Assembly: GCF_039654945.1 (NCBI RefSeq)
Contig: NW_027361677.1
Coordinates: 18,538,001-18,602,000, forward strand
DNA: 64,000 nucleotides
Direction: 5' to 3'
From: Dendrobates tinctorius
Taxonomy: Eukaryota
Of this stretch, positions 48,280 to 62,600 are shown piece after piece. The translations under genes and the position numbers were made by a program. The notes beneath the pieces were generated by a model, which saw only the letters and a program-made list of their open reading frames with translations, was not told where the DNA came from and did not search any database. Position 1 is the first letter of the stretch. The number at the start of each line of letters is the position of its first letter.

Positions 48280-50685
48280 CCGGAGGTTATACTCTCGGGG
48301 GGGGGGGGGGGGTTGCGGAGGTTATATGCCAGAGGTGAGGGTCCAGATTTTATACACCAGGGAGATAGGGGCTAGATGTCATACATTGGGGGCGAGGTGC
48401 TGGTTGTTGTACATCAGTGGCAGGGGCCCAGAGATTATACAACGGCAAGAAGAGAGGCCAGATGTTATACACCAGGGACAAGGGTCTGGGTGCTATACCC
48501 CGGGGAAGGAGGGGCCGGATGTTATAAACCAGGGGCATGGAGTTTTACACCGGGGGGGGGGGCGAGTGGCCGGATGTTATACACCAGAGGGTGAGGGGCT
48601 AGATGTTACACAATGGGGGGAGGAGGCGAGGGGCATTATACACCAGGGATGAGGGGTTGGATGTTATTGGGTCGCCCTCGTCCCAGGGCCGTGGGGTACT
48701 CGGTACCGGGCTGGCGTCAGGGGGAGATGTGTCAGCAGCGGTGACCCGGTCCGTGGCCCTGGGCGCCCAATGTCTATGGCGGATGATGTTTGTAATGTAG
48801 CTTATATGGAAAGTTCGTGACACCACCCGTGGTGTTTGGCAAGTAAGATGTTAAGCCAACGCTGCTTGCAGATCCACTGGGACTGATGGTGTGGTGCAGC
48901 AGAGATGGTGTAGCTCCCCACAGGTGGGGCTGTAGTCCCAGGGCAGTGTAGGTGCAATGGTTCTGGAGAAGTGCAGGATGGTGTAGATGCTGGGACCCAG
49001 ATGTAGCGGTGCTGAAAGGGTTAGCGACGGATGAATGAAGGACACCAGAGCTTGCAGTTTCAAAGCTTTACTCACAGTTCGTGGTACACACTGATGCCTG
49101 CCTCCGTGCCGTGTCCTCCGGGGCAGAGACTCAATCAACCTCCCGGGCAAGTCAGGGCTCTCCTCTCCAACACTCCGCCAACATGTACCTCTCCTGAACG
49201 ACTCCTCTATTGTGCCTTTTAGTGTGAAGAGCTCCAGTACCGTGGTACTCTGAAGTTCCTCCTGTCAGATGTTCCTAACAACTCTACTTGTATGACAGAC
49301 AGCTGTAGCCTGATCAGGGACCTCCTGGATCCCGGCTCTCTATCCGTTTGCTGTTGTGTCCCAAGTCTTGGATGAGAGTAGTGCATTTACAGCCAACTAC
49401 TCCACCGGTGTCTGCTGCAGAACCATAAGTGTCCATACAACCTCGGGGACCGGGCCCCGGCCTTGCGCTGAGAACCTATAGGCAGGGTTCCTATCCAACC
49501 CACTCCTCCTCTCTGTTCTCTACTCCTTCGTTTCATACTTGTCTCTCCTTCGTATGGATGCTTAGGTTACAGGTCTACGTCTTTCTCCTTCTCTTCTCTT
49601 TCCCGTGCCAGCTGGCTCAGGTCACTGAGGCAGCTACAGCACTCCTTCCTCCATCCCTTCTTCCAGGGATCCCCCACTCCTCACTGAGTGGCTTCTCTAC
49701 TCCGCCGACCTTCTGTCAGACGGCCCCCTAAGGGACTGACTTCCCGTCAGACTGATCCCTAATTTTAAACCTTCCCCATCTTTTATATGAATCTAAACTC
49801 CACCCACCTCCCAGCACATCTCGTGTTACGAAGCAAGGAATCACCAGAGGTGCTCTGCTACCCTCTAAGCATGAGCCGCAGTGTGATCAGTGCTGAACTA
49901 TCCTGTGTGTGGGATGCAGGTGTTGGAGTGTGGAAAGGAGTTCCCTACTTACCAGGATGGTGAGGCACCACACCTTAGGAGAAGGTGCAGTACCTCTGTG
50001 GCGACTGAGCCTCAGGGGCCCCACATTATAACCTGAGGGGAGAGGGGCCAGGGGTTGCACATTGGGGGACAAGGGGCCGGATGCTATACACGGAGGAAGG
50101 TGTTGTGGGTTTTACACAGGGAAGGCAAGGAGCAGGGGGCTATACACCGGGGGGGGGGCGAGAGGCCGGATGTTATACGCCAGGGGTGAGGGGTTGGATG
50201 TTATACCCTGAGGGGGGAGGGGCCAGGGGTTGCACATTGGGGGACGAGGGGCCGGATGCTATACACGGAGGAAGGTGTTGTGGGTTTTACACAGGGAAGG
50301 CAAGGGGCAAGGGGCAGGGGGATATACACTGGGCGCGAGAGGCAGGATGTTATACTCCAAGGGTGAGGGGCCGGATGTTATCCCCAGGGGTGGCGAGAGG
50401 CCAGATGTTATACACTGTGGGGTTGGAGGGGAGGTTTGGTGCCAGATATTATACACCAGGAGGTGAGGGGCTGGATGTTATACACAGGGTCGCGAGGGGC
50501 TAGAGGTTATACACTGGGCGAGGTATTGGACATTAGACACCATGGGGACAAAGAGCTGGATGCTACACACCGGGGGGGGGGGGGGGGGGGGGAAGGGGAC
50601 AGAGGTTATACACCAGGGTCAGGGGTTGGATATTTTATTACACGGGGGAGGGCAATGTGGCCGGTTGTTATACACTGGGGGCAGT
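48280..50685. repeat. Degenerate ~30-bp G-rich minisatellite (GGATGTTATACACCAGGGG), split by a solo LTR
   Basis: Units at 48280-48667 and 50026-50685. Confidence 0.8.
48668..50025. mobile_element. Solo LTR (Gypsy-like) inserted in a minisatellite
   Basis: TGGGTCGCCC...GGGGCCCCACA termini with 4-bp TSD TTAT. Confidence 0.75.
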
Positions 50686-51103
50686 AAGAGTAACTTTGCT
50701 GCTTTGATATGGCAGTTCCAGATCCAGACACATGTATTGGGGTGCAGAAGAGGTGCCGTGCAAGTGCCATGCCTTCAATTCAGGGGTTCCAGGACCGTCA
50801 TGGATCACCGACTGCCTATCCTAAATCTAGGCCTGCAATGTACAACATTCCCAAAACATTCGTGCAAGGAGGATAAAATGATCATGAAGTTGAATAACTG
50901 TGGTAACGAACCTCAGCACGAGATGGCGCTGTACCCTCAGCCAGTGTTCTCCGCACATACAATATGGAAAAAGAATGATCAGAACTCTGCAAAACTGGTG
51001 TTTTCCCAAGATAATTCAGAGATCCCCAACTATATAAAGTTTTGCATTAATTGATAATCACATATTGAGCTACGAAGATTTAAAGGAGTTATCTAGACTT
51101 TAA

Positions 51104-51482
51104 GGGTATGTGCACACGCTGCGGATTCCGCTGCGTTTCCGCAGCGTTTTTGGCCGCTGCGGACCCGCAGCAGTTTTAGCTGCAGTGTACAGTACCATTG
51201 AAATGAATGTTAAAAAAAAAACGCTGTGTAGACGTTGCGGAAAAATCCGCGCGGATTTGCTGCGGTTTTGAAACCGCAGAAAGAAGTGACATGTCAATTC
51301 TTTCTGCGGAATCCGCAGCGGGTTCCTATCTCCACCATTGTGGAGATGGTGAATCCGCAGGACCAAACCGCAGTCAAAACTGCAGATAATCCGCAGGTCT
51401 TTTGACCTGCGGTTTATCTGCGGTTTTTGCAAAATCCGTGCGGATTAATCCGCAGCGGATTCCGCAGCGTCTGCACACACCC
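51104..51482. mobile_element. Palindromic Harbinger-type MITE
   Basis: GGGTATGTGCACACG...CTGCACACACCC with TGCGGATTCCGC subrepeats. Confidence 0.75.
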
Positions 51483-53815
51483 TTAAAGGGAAGATTTTTG
51501 CTATGTAATCCAATGTAGAGGCAGAGATCCTGATTCCAGCGATTTGTTACTGTTTCAATAAAATCAGTGTTTTATCAGCAGGAGATTATCACTACAGGAT
51601 TAGGTTTCTCGTGCCTCCTGGTCCAACCATGGCCCCACCACTGATTGGCTGCTTTCTGTGTTACACTGTATATTGACAGAAAGCAGCCAATCAATGGTGT
51701 GGGTGGAGTTACACAGGGCTCAGCATTTGAGATCTGCAGAACAGAAAACTGTGATTATATATCACAACTGCTGCATCCAGTAAACTAAATGATACATCAC
51801 AGGAATCAGGGTCTCTGCCTCTACATCATGCCATTGTCAAATTACTTATCAAAAATGGAGTGACAGATTCTCTTTAAAGTGGATATCAATATTAAATTGT
51901 CTGGAGATGATTTTTGGCCCCAATTAGTTGATTGAATGGACCACAGTGCTTATATTAGAAGGCCTTGGTGTCTTAATTGTTTACACTCCAATATTTACTA
52001 GTGGCTATGCTCAGTATTGCAGCTTTGTCCCATTAGAGGATCATTCCTATCTTCATAGATGGATATCATCGAATGGCGTTTATAAATACGAGCAATTTTG
52101 CAATTTACTGCATATTAAAATTTTCAGCCGTTCTTGAGATAGTCTCACCTTTTGCTTACAGCTCGCTGCTTTGGAGACCGACCACCGCTGCTAGACAGCA
52201 GAACATGCTCAGTGCTTACAAGCTATTTTCTATTGAGCTAGTAAGCGCTGTTTGGAAGTTGGACAAGATCTCTGTAATCTCCTAATCCCGGTGGAGCGCT
52301 TACAAACTAAACAGCAGCGGTAGTCAGTCTCCTAGGCAACAAGCTGTAAACAAAATAAAAGTGTTACTATCTCAAAAACGGAGGAAAAATTTAATAAGCA
52401 GTAAATTGGAAAAGTGCATGTTTTTACAAGCTCTATCCGACAATATTCATCTGTGAAGATGGGAATAACCCTTTAAAGGGAGAAAGCTGCAGTACCGAGC
52501 ATAGCTGCTGCTAAAATACAATGCAAAAGTAGGTGTAAACAGCATAGAGGCAGCAATCCCTTGAAATAGCTGATGGACAGGGGCGCAGAGAGTCAGACCA
52601 GGATCGTCTCCATTATTTAGGTCTTACGTAATTCTGATGACAATATTACAAGAAGCGTTCCTGTATGTGGGACATATACACCCCTTGGTGAATATTCCAG
52701 CCACTCACCATGACAGCCAGGTCAAACAATTGCTGACAGGGTCGCCTCCAGAGAGCACCGAATCCCAGTGCAGGATCACGAAGGAAATCCTCTAGCTGTC
52801 ATCAGCAGCGAACAAGTGGGACTTAGGGAATTACAGAACGTCGTGACAACACTGCAAAACTTAAAGGGCGCCCACTGCTGTGCATGTCCCCAACACGAAG
52901 ACCATTTAGTAACCGCGATAAGGAGGCAAATGTTCCCGAAATGAAGCCCTGTTCACATTAGCATCATAAAACGGTGGTGCCATATGGAATCCCATATTGG
53001 GGATATAAGAGCTGTAAATCCCCCCCAAATTAAGGGTCAAAATTGGTACATTGGAACTGGGGGCAACAACCTATTTTGCGCATAATGCACATAATGGGGC
53101 ACAACATTTTTCGGAGGAAGTCTGGGATTTCAAATGGTTAATATGGCACCTGTTTATAGCAGATCTAGTCCCTTTGGGTGCAGGATTAACCCCTCAAATG
53201 TCACAAGAGACATCCTAATGAGAGTGGAGATGGTAATGGAGCGATACGCCGGAGGTTCCGTTAGTCTCAGCCTCGCCGTGGAAATGTCGTACTGAAGGAT
53301 GACCCCCCCCACAATATTTCCAAAGACCTGCCTTTACTGTCCCCTGGGGTCCGGAGCACAGGTGTGCAGTACACTTTCTTCATTTATTATAATTGCCCCT
53401 TTGGTGCTTGGCTGGGGCTTCCGGTGCAGGGGAGCAGCTGCGTATTAAGACACCAAGGTCACATTCCTGATGCTGGAGAGACCTGTGGGACCCCAGGTCT
53501 GGTTGCCTTGGACTGTCTACATAATGGCAGAAAAAGAAAAAAAAAAAAGCAAATCTTCTCCCATCTGTCACTGCATATAACAAGCAGAATGTATTCCTCT
53601 ACTATACTGGTGCCGAAACCCTGGAGGAGCAATAGAGGAGCTTTGTACAGGGTATATACATCTGGGGTTTCTTGCTCCGTTCGTGGCGTCAAAAATACCG
53701 TAGGATCCAAGTCAAGTGTATCTGTAGGGGCACGTTCACATGGGTTGGATTTGCAGCAAATTTTCTGTCTGAAAAAAATCTGTCTCTTAGTACAGAAGTA
53801 GCATTGTGGCTTAAA

Positions 53816-53857
<42 letters not shown>

Positions 53858-54736
53858 AAACATCCATATCTGAAATTGAGATTAAATTTTGCAGATTTTC
53901 ACCGCTGATTTTATTCTTCACATCTGCGGCATTTTAAAGAAAAAATTTGTTGAGAAAAATTTGCAACGAAAAAATCTCGAGTGGCCAAAGTGTTACAAAT
54001 GTCAGTAATCAGAGGTGACTTTGGATGTTAATTAAGGTCAGGAGAACAGCGGCCAAACTGGAAAAGGAAGAGCATTTTTTTAATTCATGAACCGCGTTTT
54101 CCATTTTGAAAAATTTTATGATTTTGAGACTTTTTAAAAGGGTTTTAAGCCAAATTTTTGATTTAAACACTTTGATGAATCTGGGCACATGTCTCCAGCT
54201 TCAGTCGGGAGGAAACGGAGGCGATCTCAATGAGAGTCACATCTTGATCCCTGGAGATAAATCGCTTCATTGATTCTGTGTCCTATGAAGATTTATCTCC
54301 GGAGATCGCAATTTTTCATCTTCACCATAATATCCGTTCACTTAATAGCCCTAATCAGGATGCTGGATCTATGGCCGCAGTGATATTGTCTCCCTCATAT
54401 CTGGAGAGATGGGTTGTAAGTGGCACTTCTCATTGTCTCGCTGTAGTTTTGAATCAAGAAGAGGAATATTTGTTTTTGTCTTCTGAGTTTTAGGATATTT
54501 TATGCTTTAAATGGATCTTATGTGTTTCACCTCTGGCCATCAGCATTACATGCTGGGTCCACCATACATATTAGATGAATGTCAGATGAACCCAGTGATG
54601 ATCTACTTACTGTGCATGGTGCTGTTCCAACTGTCCAAATTATAGGTACCTTTTAAGGAAGATAAGCTGTCAGCAAAAGTGTTCGGCAGTGGCTAGGGCA
54701 GTCAGAAGACAAAAAAGCATTTGGTTGTCATTTATT

Positions 54737-55365
54737 TAAAATGCTAGGACACTGACACAAAGACATAAAAAGCTAGACTGCAGTTTGCCAAAATCCTTCT
54801 GGGAAAGAGTAGTGAGACCAAGATACAGCTTTTTGGTAAAGCACATCATTCTGCTGTTTACCGAAAATGGAATCAGGCTTACAAAGAAAAGAACATAGTA
54901 CCTACAGTCAAATATGGTGGAGTTCCTCTGGCACTGGATGCTTTGACTGTGTGCAGGCATCATGAAATGTGACAATTACCAAAGGATTTTGGGTGGCAAT
55001 GTAGTGCCCAATATGACCTGGAGCAGTTTGCAAAAGAAGAGTTGGCCAAAATTCCAGTTGAGCGGCTTAAAAAGCGTGTTGATGGTTATAGGAAGAGATT
55101 TATTGCAGTTATTTATTCCAAAAAGTTTGCAACCAAGTATTAAGTTGAAGGTGCCAACAATTTTATCCTGCCCATTTTTGGGGTTTTGTGTGAAATTATG
55201 TCCAATTTGCCTTTTTTTCCTCTGTTTTTTTGGTGTGTTATTCCAATACACACAAAGGAAATACACATGCATATAACAAACATGTGTAATTGCAATAATT
55301 TTCTGGGAGAAATACTTCATTTTCTAGAACAATTTCAAGGATGCCAACACTTTCGGCCATGACTG
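54737..55365 (+). mobile_element. Truncated Tc1-like transposon (3' part and TIR)
   Basis: Remnants of ARLQFAK, ETKIQLFG and PTVKYGG; ends TGCCAACACTTTCGGCCATGACTG-TA. Confidence 0.7.
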
Positions 55366-55494
55366 TATATGGACATGGTTTGACCTGATGGAACAACCCT
55401 TTTAAGTCTATACAATACTTTGCAAATATATTTTTTTACTAACATTTTTTTAGGTTTTGTATTATACTAATATGGTTTTATACTAATCGATCTC

Positions 55495-55940
55495 CATCTT
55501 ACTAAATCCTCTCCAATCTTTCCTGAATGCGGCAGTCAGGGTCGTACTTCTGTCCAGCTGATATAATGATGCGTCCACATTGTGCCAGTCATTGCACTGG
55601 TTACCCATCTGCTACAGAATACAATACAAACTTATCACGGTCACCCACAAAGCTTTCCATAGTGCTGCACCACCCTACATCTCCCTCATTTCTGTCTATC
55701 ACCATACCCATGATCTCCAAAATGTTGCCCGGCGCCACATCTCCCTGTCATCTGTTCATCACCATATCTATGCTCTTCCCAGTGCTGCAGCACCCTAAAT
55801 CTCCCACGTCATCTCTATCACCTTACTCATGCTCTCAATTCTGCTACTGATCTAAGACTAACATCTTCCATAATCTGAACTTCCTACTCCCATCTCCAAG
55901 ACTTCTCTTGTGCTGTGTCATTTCTCTGGAATGCCTTACC
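55495..55940 (+). mobile_element. L2 LINE ORF2 C-terminal fragment
   Basis: CQSLHWLPICYRIQYKLITVTHKAFHSAAPPYIS matches the L2 C-terminal LHWLP motif. Confidence 0.75.
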
Positions 55941-56666
55941 CTGGGCAAACCAGCTGATTCACAGTTTCTCCATCACCTCCAAAGCTGGTTTCCTGATTGT
56001 TCCCACATTGCTGAATCTTGCAGTTCCTTGCTGGTTGATGGTTTATGGTGGCACACCAGTGTAGAAAAAAAGGGAATCTCTCACAATATATTCCAATAGA
56101 TTAAGTCAGAAAGTAAAGTTTCTCTTACTATAGACTGCAAAAGATCAAGAAGTGAGCGGAGCCAGACCACCCATCAGAATAGCAACCCATCATTAATGTC
56201 CAATAAGTGACCGCCCGTATGGGGGCCTATTCTACAAAGAATGTGCAATGATTGGGTGGTCCTGCACTAGGCGTCAGTTTACGCTTTTGCCAAAAAAAAA
56301 CAGTTTTGTCGTAGACGAAAATAAATAATGATCTTGGCGAGAATAAGAAAAGGCCGTTCCTAATAAATCCCATGCAAAACTACACTCAGCTCAAGTCGTA
56401 CATGAATAAGTAATAACGCCGCCAAAAGGAAGACGTTCACCTTTCTCCTGGAAGACTCCTCGGAGGGTCAATGTATCATTATTATCTATGGCAGCCGGTC
56501 GCCAGGGAGGACGGTGTTGGGAGCCTGCCATTCTTACAATGTTCCAGGATTCCTATCGGTCCCTGCAGCCGCAATCATTATCTCCATTGTTACTTTGCAG
56601 CAAATTAAGTTATCAGTCTGTGAGTAGATGTAGAAAAATATAGACTGAAAAATCAGGAGGTGCGGC

Positions 56667-59600
56667 CTGTCTATTGTCTCATGTGGGGGCGCTGCGGCTG
56701 CCATTATTATGGGGGTTCTGTCTATTGTCTAATGTGGGGGCGCTGCGGCTGCCATAATTATGAGGGCTCTGACTGTCTATTGTCTCATGTGGGGGCGCTG
56801 CGGCTGCCATAATTATGGGGGTTCTGTCTATTGTCTAATGTGGGGGCGCTGCGGCTGCCATAATTATGAGGGCTCTGACTGTCTATTGTCTCATGTGGGG
56901 GCGCTGCGGCTGCCATTATTATGGGGGTTCTGTCTATTGTCTAATGTGGGGGCGCTGCGGCTGCCATAATTATGAGGGCTCTGACTGTCTATTGTCTCAT
57001 GTGGGGGCGCTGCGGCTGCCATAATTATGGGGGTTCTGTCTATTGTCTCATGTGGGGGCGCTGCGGCTGTCATTATTATGGGGGCTCTGACTGTCTATTG
57101 TCTCATGTGGGAGCACTGTGGTTGCCATTATTGCGGGGACTCTGTCTATTGTCTCATGTGGGGGCGCTGCGGCTGTCATTTTTATGGGGGCTCTCGTTGT
57201 CTATTGTCTCATGTGGGGACGCTGCGGTTGCCATTATTATGAGGGCTCTGACTGTCTATTGTCTCATGTGGGGGCGCTGCGGCTGCCATTATAATGGGGG
57301 CTCTGACTGTCTATTGTCTCATGTGGGAGCGCTGTGGTTGCCATTATTGCGGGGATTCTGTCTATTGTCTCATGTGGGGGCGCTGCGGCTGTCATTATTT
57401 TGAGGGCTCTGACTGTCTATTGTCTCATGTGGGAGCGCTGTGGTGGCCATTATTGCGGGGGCTGTCTATTGTCTCATGTGGGGGCGCTGCGGCTGTCATT
57501 ATTATGGGGGCTCTGACTGTCTATTGTCTCATGTGGGGGCGCTGCGGCTGGCATTATTATGGGGGCACAGTCTGTCTATTGTCTCATGTGGGGGCGTTGC
57601 GGCTGTCAATATTATGGGGGCTCTGACTGTCTATTGTCTCATGTGGGAGCGCTGTGGTTGCCATTATTACGGGGGCTCTGTCTATTGTCTCATGTGGGGG
57701 CGCTGCGGCTGTCACTATGGAGGCTCTGACTGTCTATTGTCTCGTGGGGGCGCTGTGGTTGCCATTATTATGAGGGCTCTGACTGTCTATTGTCTCATGT
57801 GGGGGCGCTGCGGCTGACATTATTATGGGGGTTCTGTCTATTGTCTCATGTGGTGGCGCTGCAGCTGTCATTATTATAGTATGGGGTTCTGTCTATTGTC
57901 TCATGTGGGGGCACTGCGGCTGCCATTATTATGAGGGTTCTGACTGTCTATTGTCTCATGTGGGAGCGCTGTGGTTGCCATTATTGCGAGGGCTCTGTCT
58001 ATTGTCTCATGTGGAGGCGGCTGCCATTAGCCATTATTATGGGGGCTCTGATTGTCTATTGTCTCATGTGGGGGCGCTGCGGTTGCCATTATTATGAGGG
58101 CTCTGACTGTTTATTGTCTCATGTGGGGGTGCTGCGGCTTACATTATTAGTGGGGCACAGTCTGTCTATGTATTGTCAAATGTGGGGGCGCTGCGGCTGT
58201 CATTATTATGGGGGCTCTGACTGTCTATTGTCTCATGTGGGAGCGCTGTGGTTGCCATTATTACGGGGGCTCTGTTTATTGTCTCATGTGGGGGCGCTGC
58301 GGCTGTCACTATGAAGGCTCTGACTGTCTATTGTCTCATGTGGGGGTGCTGCGGTTGCCATTATTGTGAGGGCTCTGTCTATTGTCTCGTGGGGGCGCTG
58401 CGGCTGTCACTATGGAGGCTCTGACTGTCTATTGTCTCATGTGGGGGTGCTGCGGCTGTTATTATTATGGGGGCTCTGACTATCTATTGTCTCATGTGGG
58501 GGTGCTGCAGCAGTCATTATTATGGGGGCTCTATCTTTTGTCTCATGTGGGAGCGCTGCGGCTGCCATTATTATGAGGGCTCTGCCTATTGTCTCATGTG
58601 GGGGTGCTGCAGCTGTCATTATTGTGGGGGTACTGCCTGGCTATTGTCTCATGTGGGGGCGCTGCAGCTGTCATTATTATGGAGGCTCTGGCTGTCCCTT
58701 ACAGGGGGCACTGCTGTTGCCATTATTATGGAGGCTCTGTATGTCTCTTATGGGGGCACTTCTGCTGTCATTATTATGGGGGGCTGTCTCTTATGGGGGC
58801 ACTGCTGCTGCCATTATTATGGAGGCTCTGGCTGTTGCTTGTGGGGGACACTGCTGTCATTATTATGGAGGCTCTGGCTGTCTCTTGTGGGGGACAATGC
58901 TGTCATTATTATGGAGGCTCTGTCTGTCTCTTATGGGGACACTGCTGTCATTATTATGGAGGCTCTGGCTGTCTCTTGTGGGGGACACTGCTGTCATTAT
59001 TATGGAGGCTCTGGCTGTCTCTTGTGGGGGACACTGCTGTCATTATTATGGAGGCTCTGGCTGTCTCTTGTGGGGCACTGCTGCTGTCATTATTATGGGG
59101 ACACTGCTGCTGCCATTATTGGGGCCTGGCTGTCCTTTACAGGGGGCACTGCTGCTGTCATTATGATGGGGGCTCTGGCTGTCTCTTGTGGGGGACACTG
59201 CTGTCATTATTATGGAGGCTCTGGCTGTCTCTTGTGGGGGACAATGCTGTCATTATTATGGAGGCTCTGTCTGTCTCTTATGGGGACACTGCTGTCATTA
59301 TTATGGAGGCTCTGGCTGTCTCTTGTGGGGGACACTGTTGTCATTATTATGGAGGCTCTGGTTGTCTCTTATGGGGACACTGCTGTCATTATTATGGAGG
59401 CTCTGGCTGTCTCTTGTGGGGGACACTTCTGTCATTATGGAGGCTCTGGCTGTCTCTTGTGGGGACACTGCTGTCATTATTATGGAGGCTCTGGCTGTCT
59501 TGTGGGGCACTGCTGCTGTCATTATTATGGAGGCTCTGGCTGTCTTGTGGGGCACTGCTGCTGTCATTATTATGGGGGCACTGCTGCTGCCATTATTGGG

Positions 59601-62600
59601 ACCTGGCTGTCCCTTACAGGGGGCACTGCTGCTGTCATTATGATGGGGGCTCTGGCTGTCTCTTGTGGGGGGACACTGCTGTCATTATAATGGAGGCTCT
59701 GGCTGTCTCTTGTGGGGGACAATGCTGTCATTATTATGGAGGCTCTGGCTGTCTCTTATGGGGACACTGCTGTCATTATTATGGAGGCTCTGGCTGTCTC
59801 TTGTGGGGACACTGCTGTCATTATTATGGAGGCTCTGGCTGTCTCTTGTGGGGGACACTGCTGTCATTATTATGGAGGCTCTGGCTGTCTCTTGTGGGGG
59901 ACACTGCTGTCATTATTATGGAGGCTCTGGCTGTCTCTTGTGGGGGACACTGCTGTCATTATTATGGAGGCTCTGGCTGTCTCTTGTGGGGCACTGCTGC
60001 TGTCATTATTATGGGGACACTGCTGCTGCCATTATTGGGGCCTGGCTGTCCCTTACAGGGGGCACTGCTGCTGTCATTATGATGGGGGCTCTGGCTGTCT
60101 CTTGTGGGGGGCACTGCTGTCATTATTATGGAGGCTCTGGCTGTCTCTTGTGGGGGACACTGCTGTCATTATTATGGGGGCTCTGGCTGTCTCTTGTGGG
60201 GCACTGCTGCTGTCATTATTATGGGGACACTGCTGCTGCCATTATTGGGGCCTGGCTGTCCCTTACAGGGGGCACTGCTGCTGTCATTATTATAGAGGCT
60301 CTGGCTGTCTCTTGTGGGGCACTGCTGCTGTCATTATGATGGGGGCTCTGGCTGTCTCTTGTGGGGGACACTGCTGTCATTATTATGGAGGCTCTGGCTG
60401 TCTCTTGTGGGGCACTGCTGCTGTATGATGGGGGCTCTGGCTGTCTCTTGTGGGGGACACTGCTGTCATTATTATGGAGGCTCTGGCTGTCTCTTGTGGG
60501 ACACTGCTGCTGTCATTATTATGGGGACACTGCTGCTGCCATTATTGGGGCCTGGCTGTCCCTTACAGGGGGCACTGCTGCTGTCATTATGATGGGGGCT
60601 CTGGCTGTCTCTTGTGGGGGACACTGCTGTCATTATGATGGGGGCTCTGGCTGTCTCTTGTGGGGGACACTGCTGTCATTATTATGGAGGCTCTGGCTGT
60701 CTCTTGTGGGGAACACTGCTGTCATTATTATGGAGGCTCTGGCTGTCTCTTGTGGGGCACTGCCGCTGTCATTATGATGGGGGCTCTGGCTGTCTCTTGT
60801 GGGGGACACTGCTGTCATTATTATGGAGGCTCTGGCTGTTTCTTGTGGGGCACTGCTGCTGTCATTATGATGGGGGCTCTGGCTGTCTCTTGTGGGGACA
60901 CTGCTGTCATTATTATGGAGGCTCTGGCTGTCTCTTGTGGGGCACTGCTGCTGTCATTATGATGGGGGCTCTGGCTGTCTCTTGTGGGGGACACTGCTGT
61001 CATTATGATGGGGGCTCTGGCTGTCTCTTGTGGGGCACTGCTGCTGTCATTATGATGGGGGCTCTGGCTGTCTCTTGTGGGGGACACTGCTGTCATTATT
61101 ATGGAGGCTCTGGCTGTCTCTTGTGGGGCACTGCTGCTGTCATTATGATGGGGGCTCTGGCTGTCTTTTGTGGGGGACACTGCTGTCATTATTATGGAGG
61201 CTCTGGCTGTCTCTTGTGGGGGACACTGCTGTCATTATTATGGAGGCTCTGGCTGTCTCTTGTGGGGACACTGCTGTCATTATTATGGAGGCTCTGGCTG
61301 TTTCTTGTGGGGCACTGCTGCTGTCATTATGATGGGGGCTCTGGCTGTCTCTTGTGGGGACACTGCTGTCATTATTATGGAGGCTCTGGCTGTCTCTTGT
61401 GGGGCACTGCTGCTGTCATTATGATGGGGGCTCTGGCTGTCTCTTGTGGGGGACACTGCTGTCATTATTATGGAGGCTCTGGCTGTCTCTTGTGGGGCAC
61501 TGCTGCTGTCATTATGATGGGGGCTCTGGCTGTCTTTTGTGGGGGACACTGCTGTCATTATTATGGAGGCTCTGGCTGTCTCTTGTGGGGGACACTGCTG
61601 TCATTATTATGGAGACTCTGGCTGTCTCTTGTGGGGGACACTGCTGTCATTATTATGGAGGCTCTGGCTGTCTCTTGTGGGGGACACTGCTGTCATTATT
61701 ATGGAGACTCTGGCTGTCTCTTGTGGGGGGCACTGCTGTAATTATTATGGAGGCTCTGGCTGTCTCTTGTGGGGGACACTGCTGTCGCCCTCATTATGGA
61801 GGCTCTGGCTGTTTTTTACAGGTAAGGTAACACTGCTGCTGCCATTATTATGGGGTATCGCTGTCCCTTACAGGCTTTGGCTGACTCTTGTGGGGGACAC
61901 TGCTGTCATTATTATGGAGGCTCTGGCTGTCTCTTGTGGGGCACTGCTGCTGTCATTATTATGGGGACACTGCTGCTGCCATTATTGGGGCCTGGCTGTC
62001 CCTTACAGGGGGCACTGCTGCTGTCATTATGATGGGGGCTCTGGCTGTCTCTTGTGGGGGGCACTGCTGTCATTATTATGGAGGCTCTGGCTGTCTCTTG
62101 TGGGGGACACTGCTGTCATTATTATGGGGGCTCTGGCTGTCTCTTGTGGGGCACTGCTGCTGTCATTATTATGGGGACACTGCTGCTGCCATTATTGGGG
62201 CCTGGCTGTCCCTTACAGGGGGCACTGCTGCTGTCATTATTATAGAGGCTCTGGCTGTCTCTTGTGGGGCACTGCTGCTGTCATTATGATGGGGGCTCTG
62301 GCTGTCTCTTGTGGGGACACTGCTGTCATTATTATGGAGGCTCTGGCTGTCTCTTGTGGGGCACTGCTGCTGTATGATGGGGGCTCTGGCTGTCTCTTGT
62401 GGGGGACACTGCTGTCATTATGATGGGGGCTCTGGCTGTCTCTTGTGGGGCACTGCTGCTGTATGATGGGGGCTCTGGCTGTCTCTTGTGGGGGACACTG
62501 CTGTCATTATGATGGGGGCTCTGGCTGTCTCTTGTGGGGCACTGCTGCTGTATGATGGGGGCTCTGGCTGTCTCTTGTGGGGGACACTGCTGTCATTATT

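Noticed and set aside
52650-53500. Unexplained sequence partly similar to 35385-35530
   Set aside because: Looks like an old dispersed repeat; no ORF or motif I can assign.
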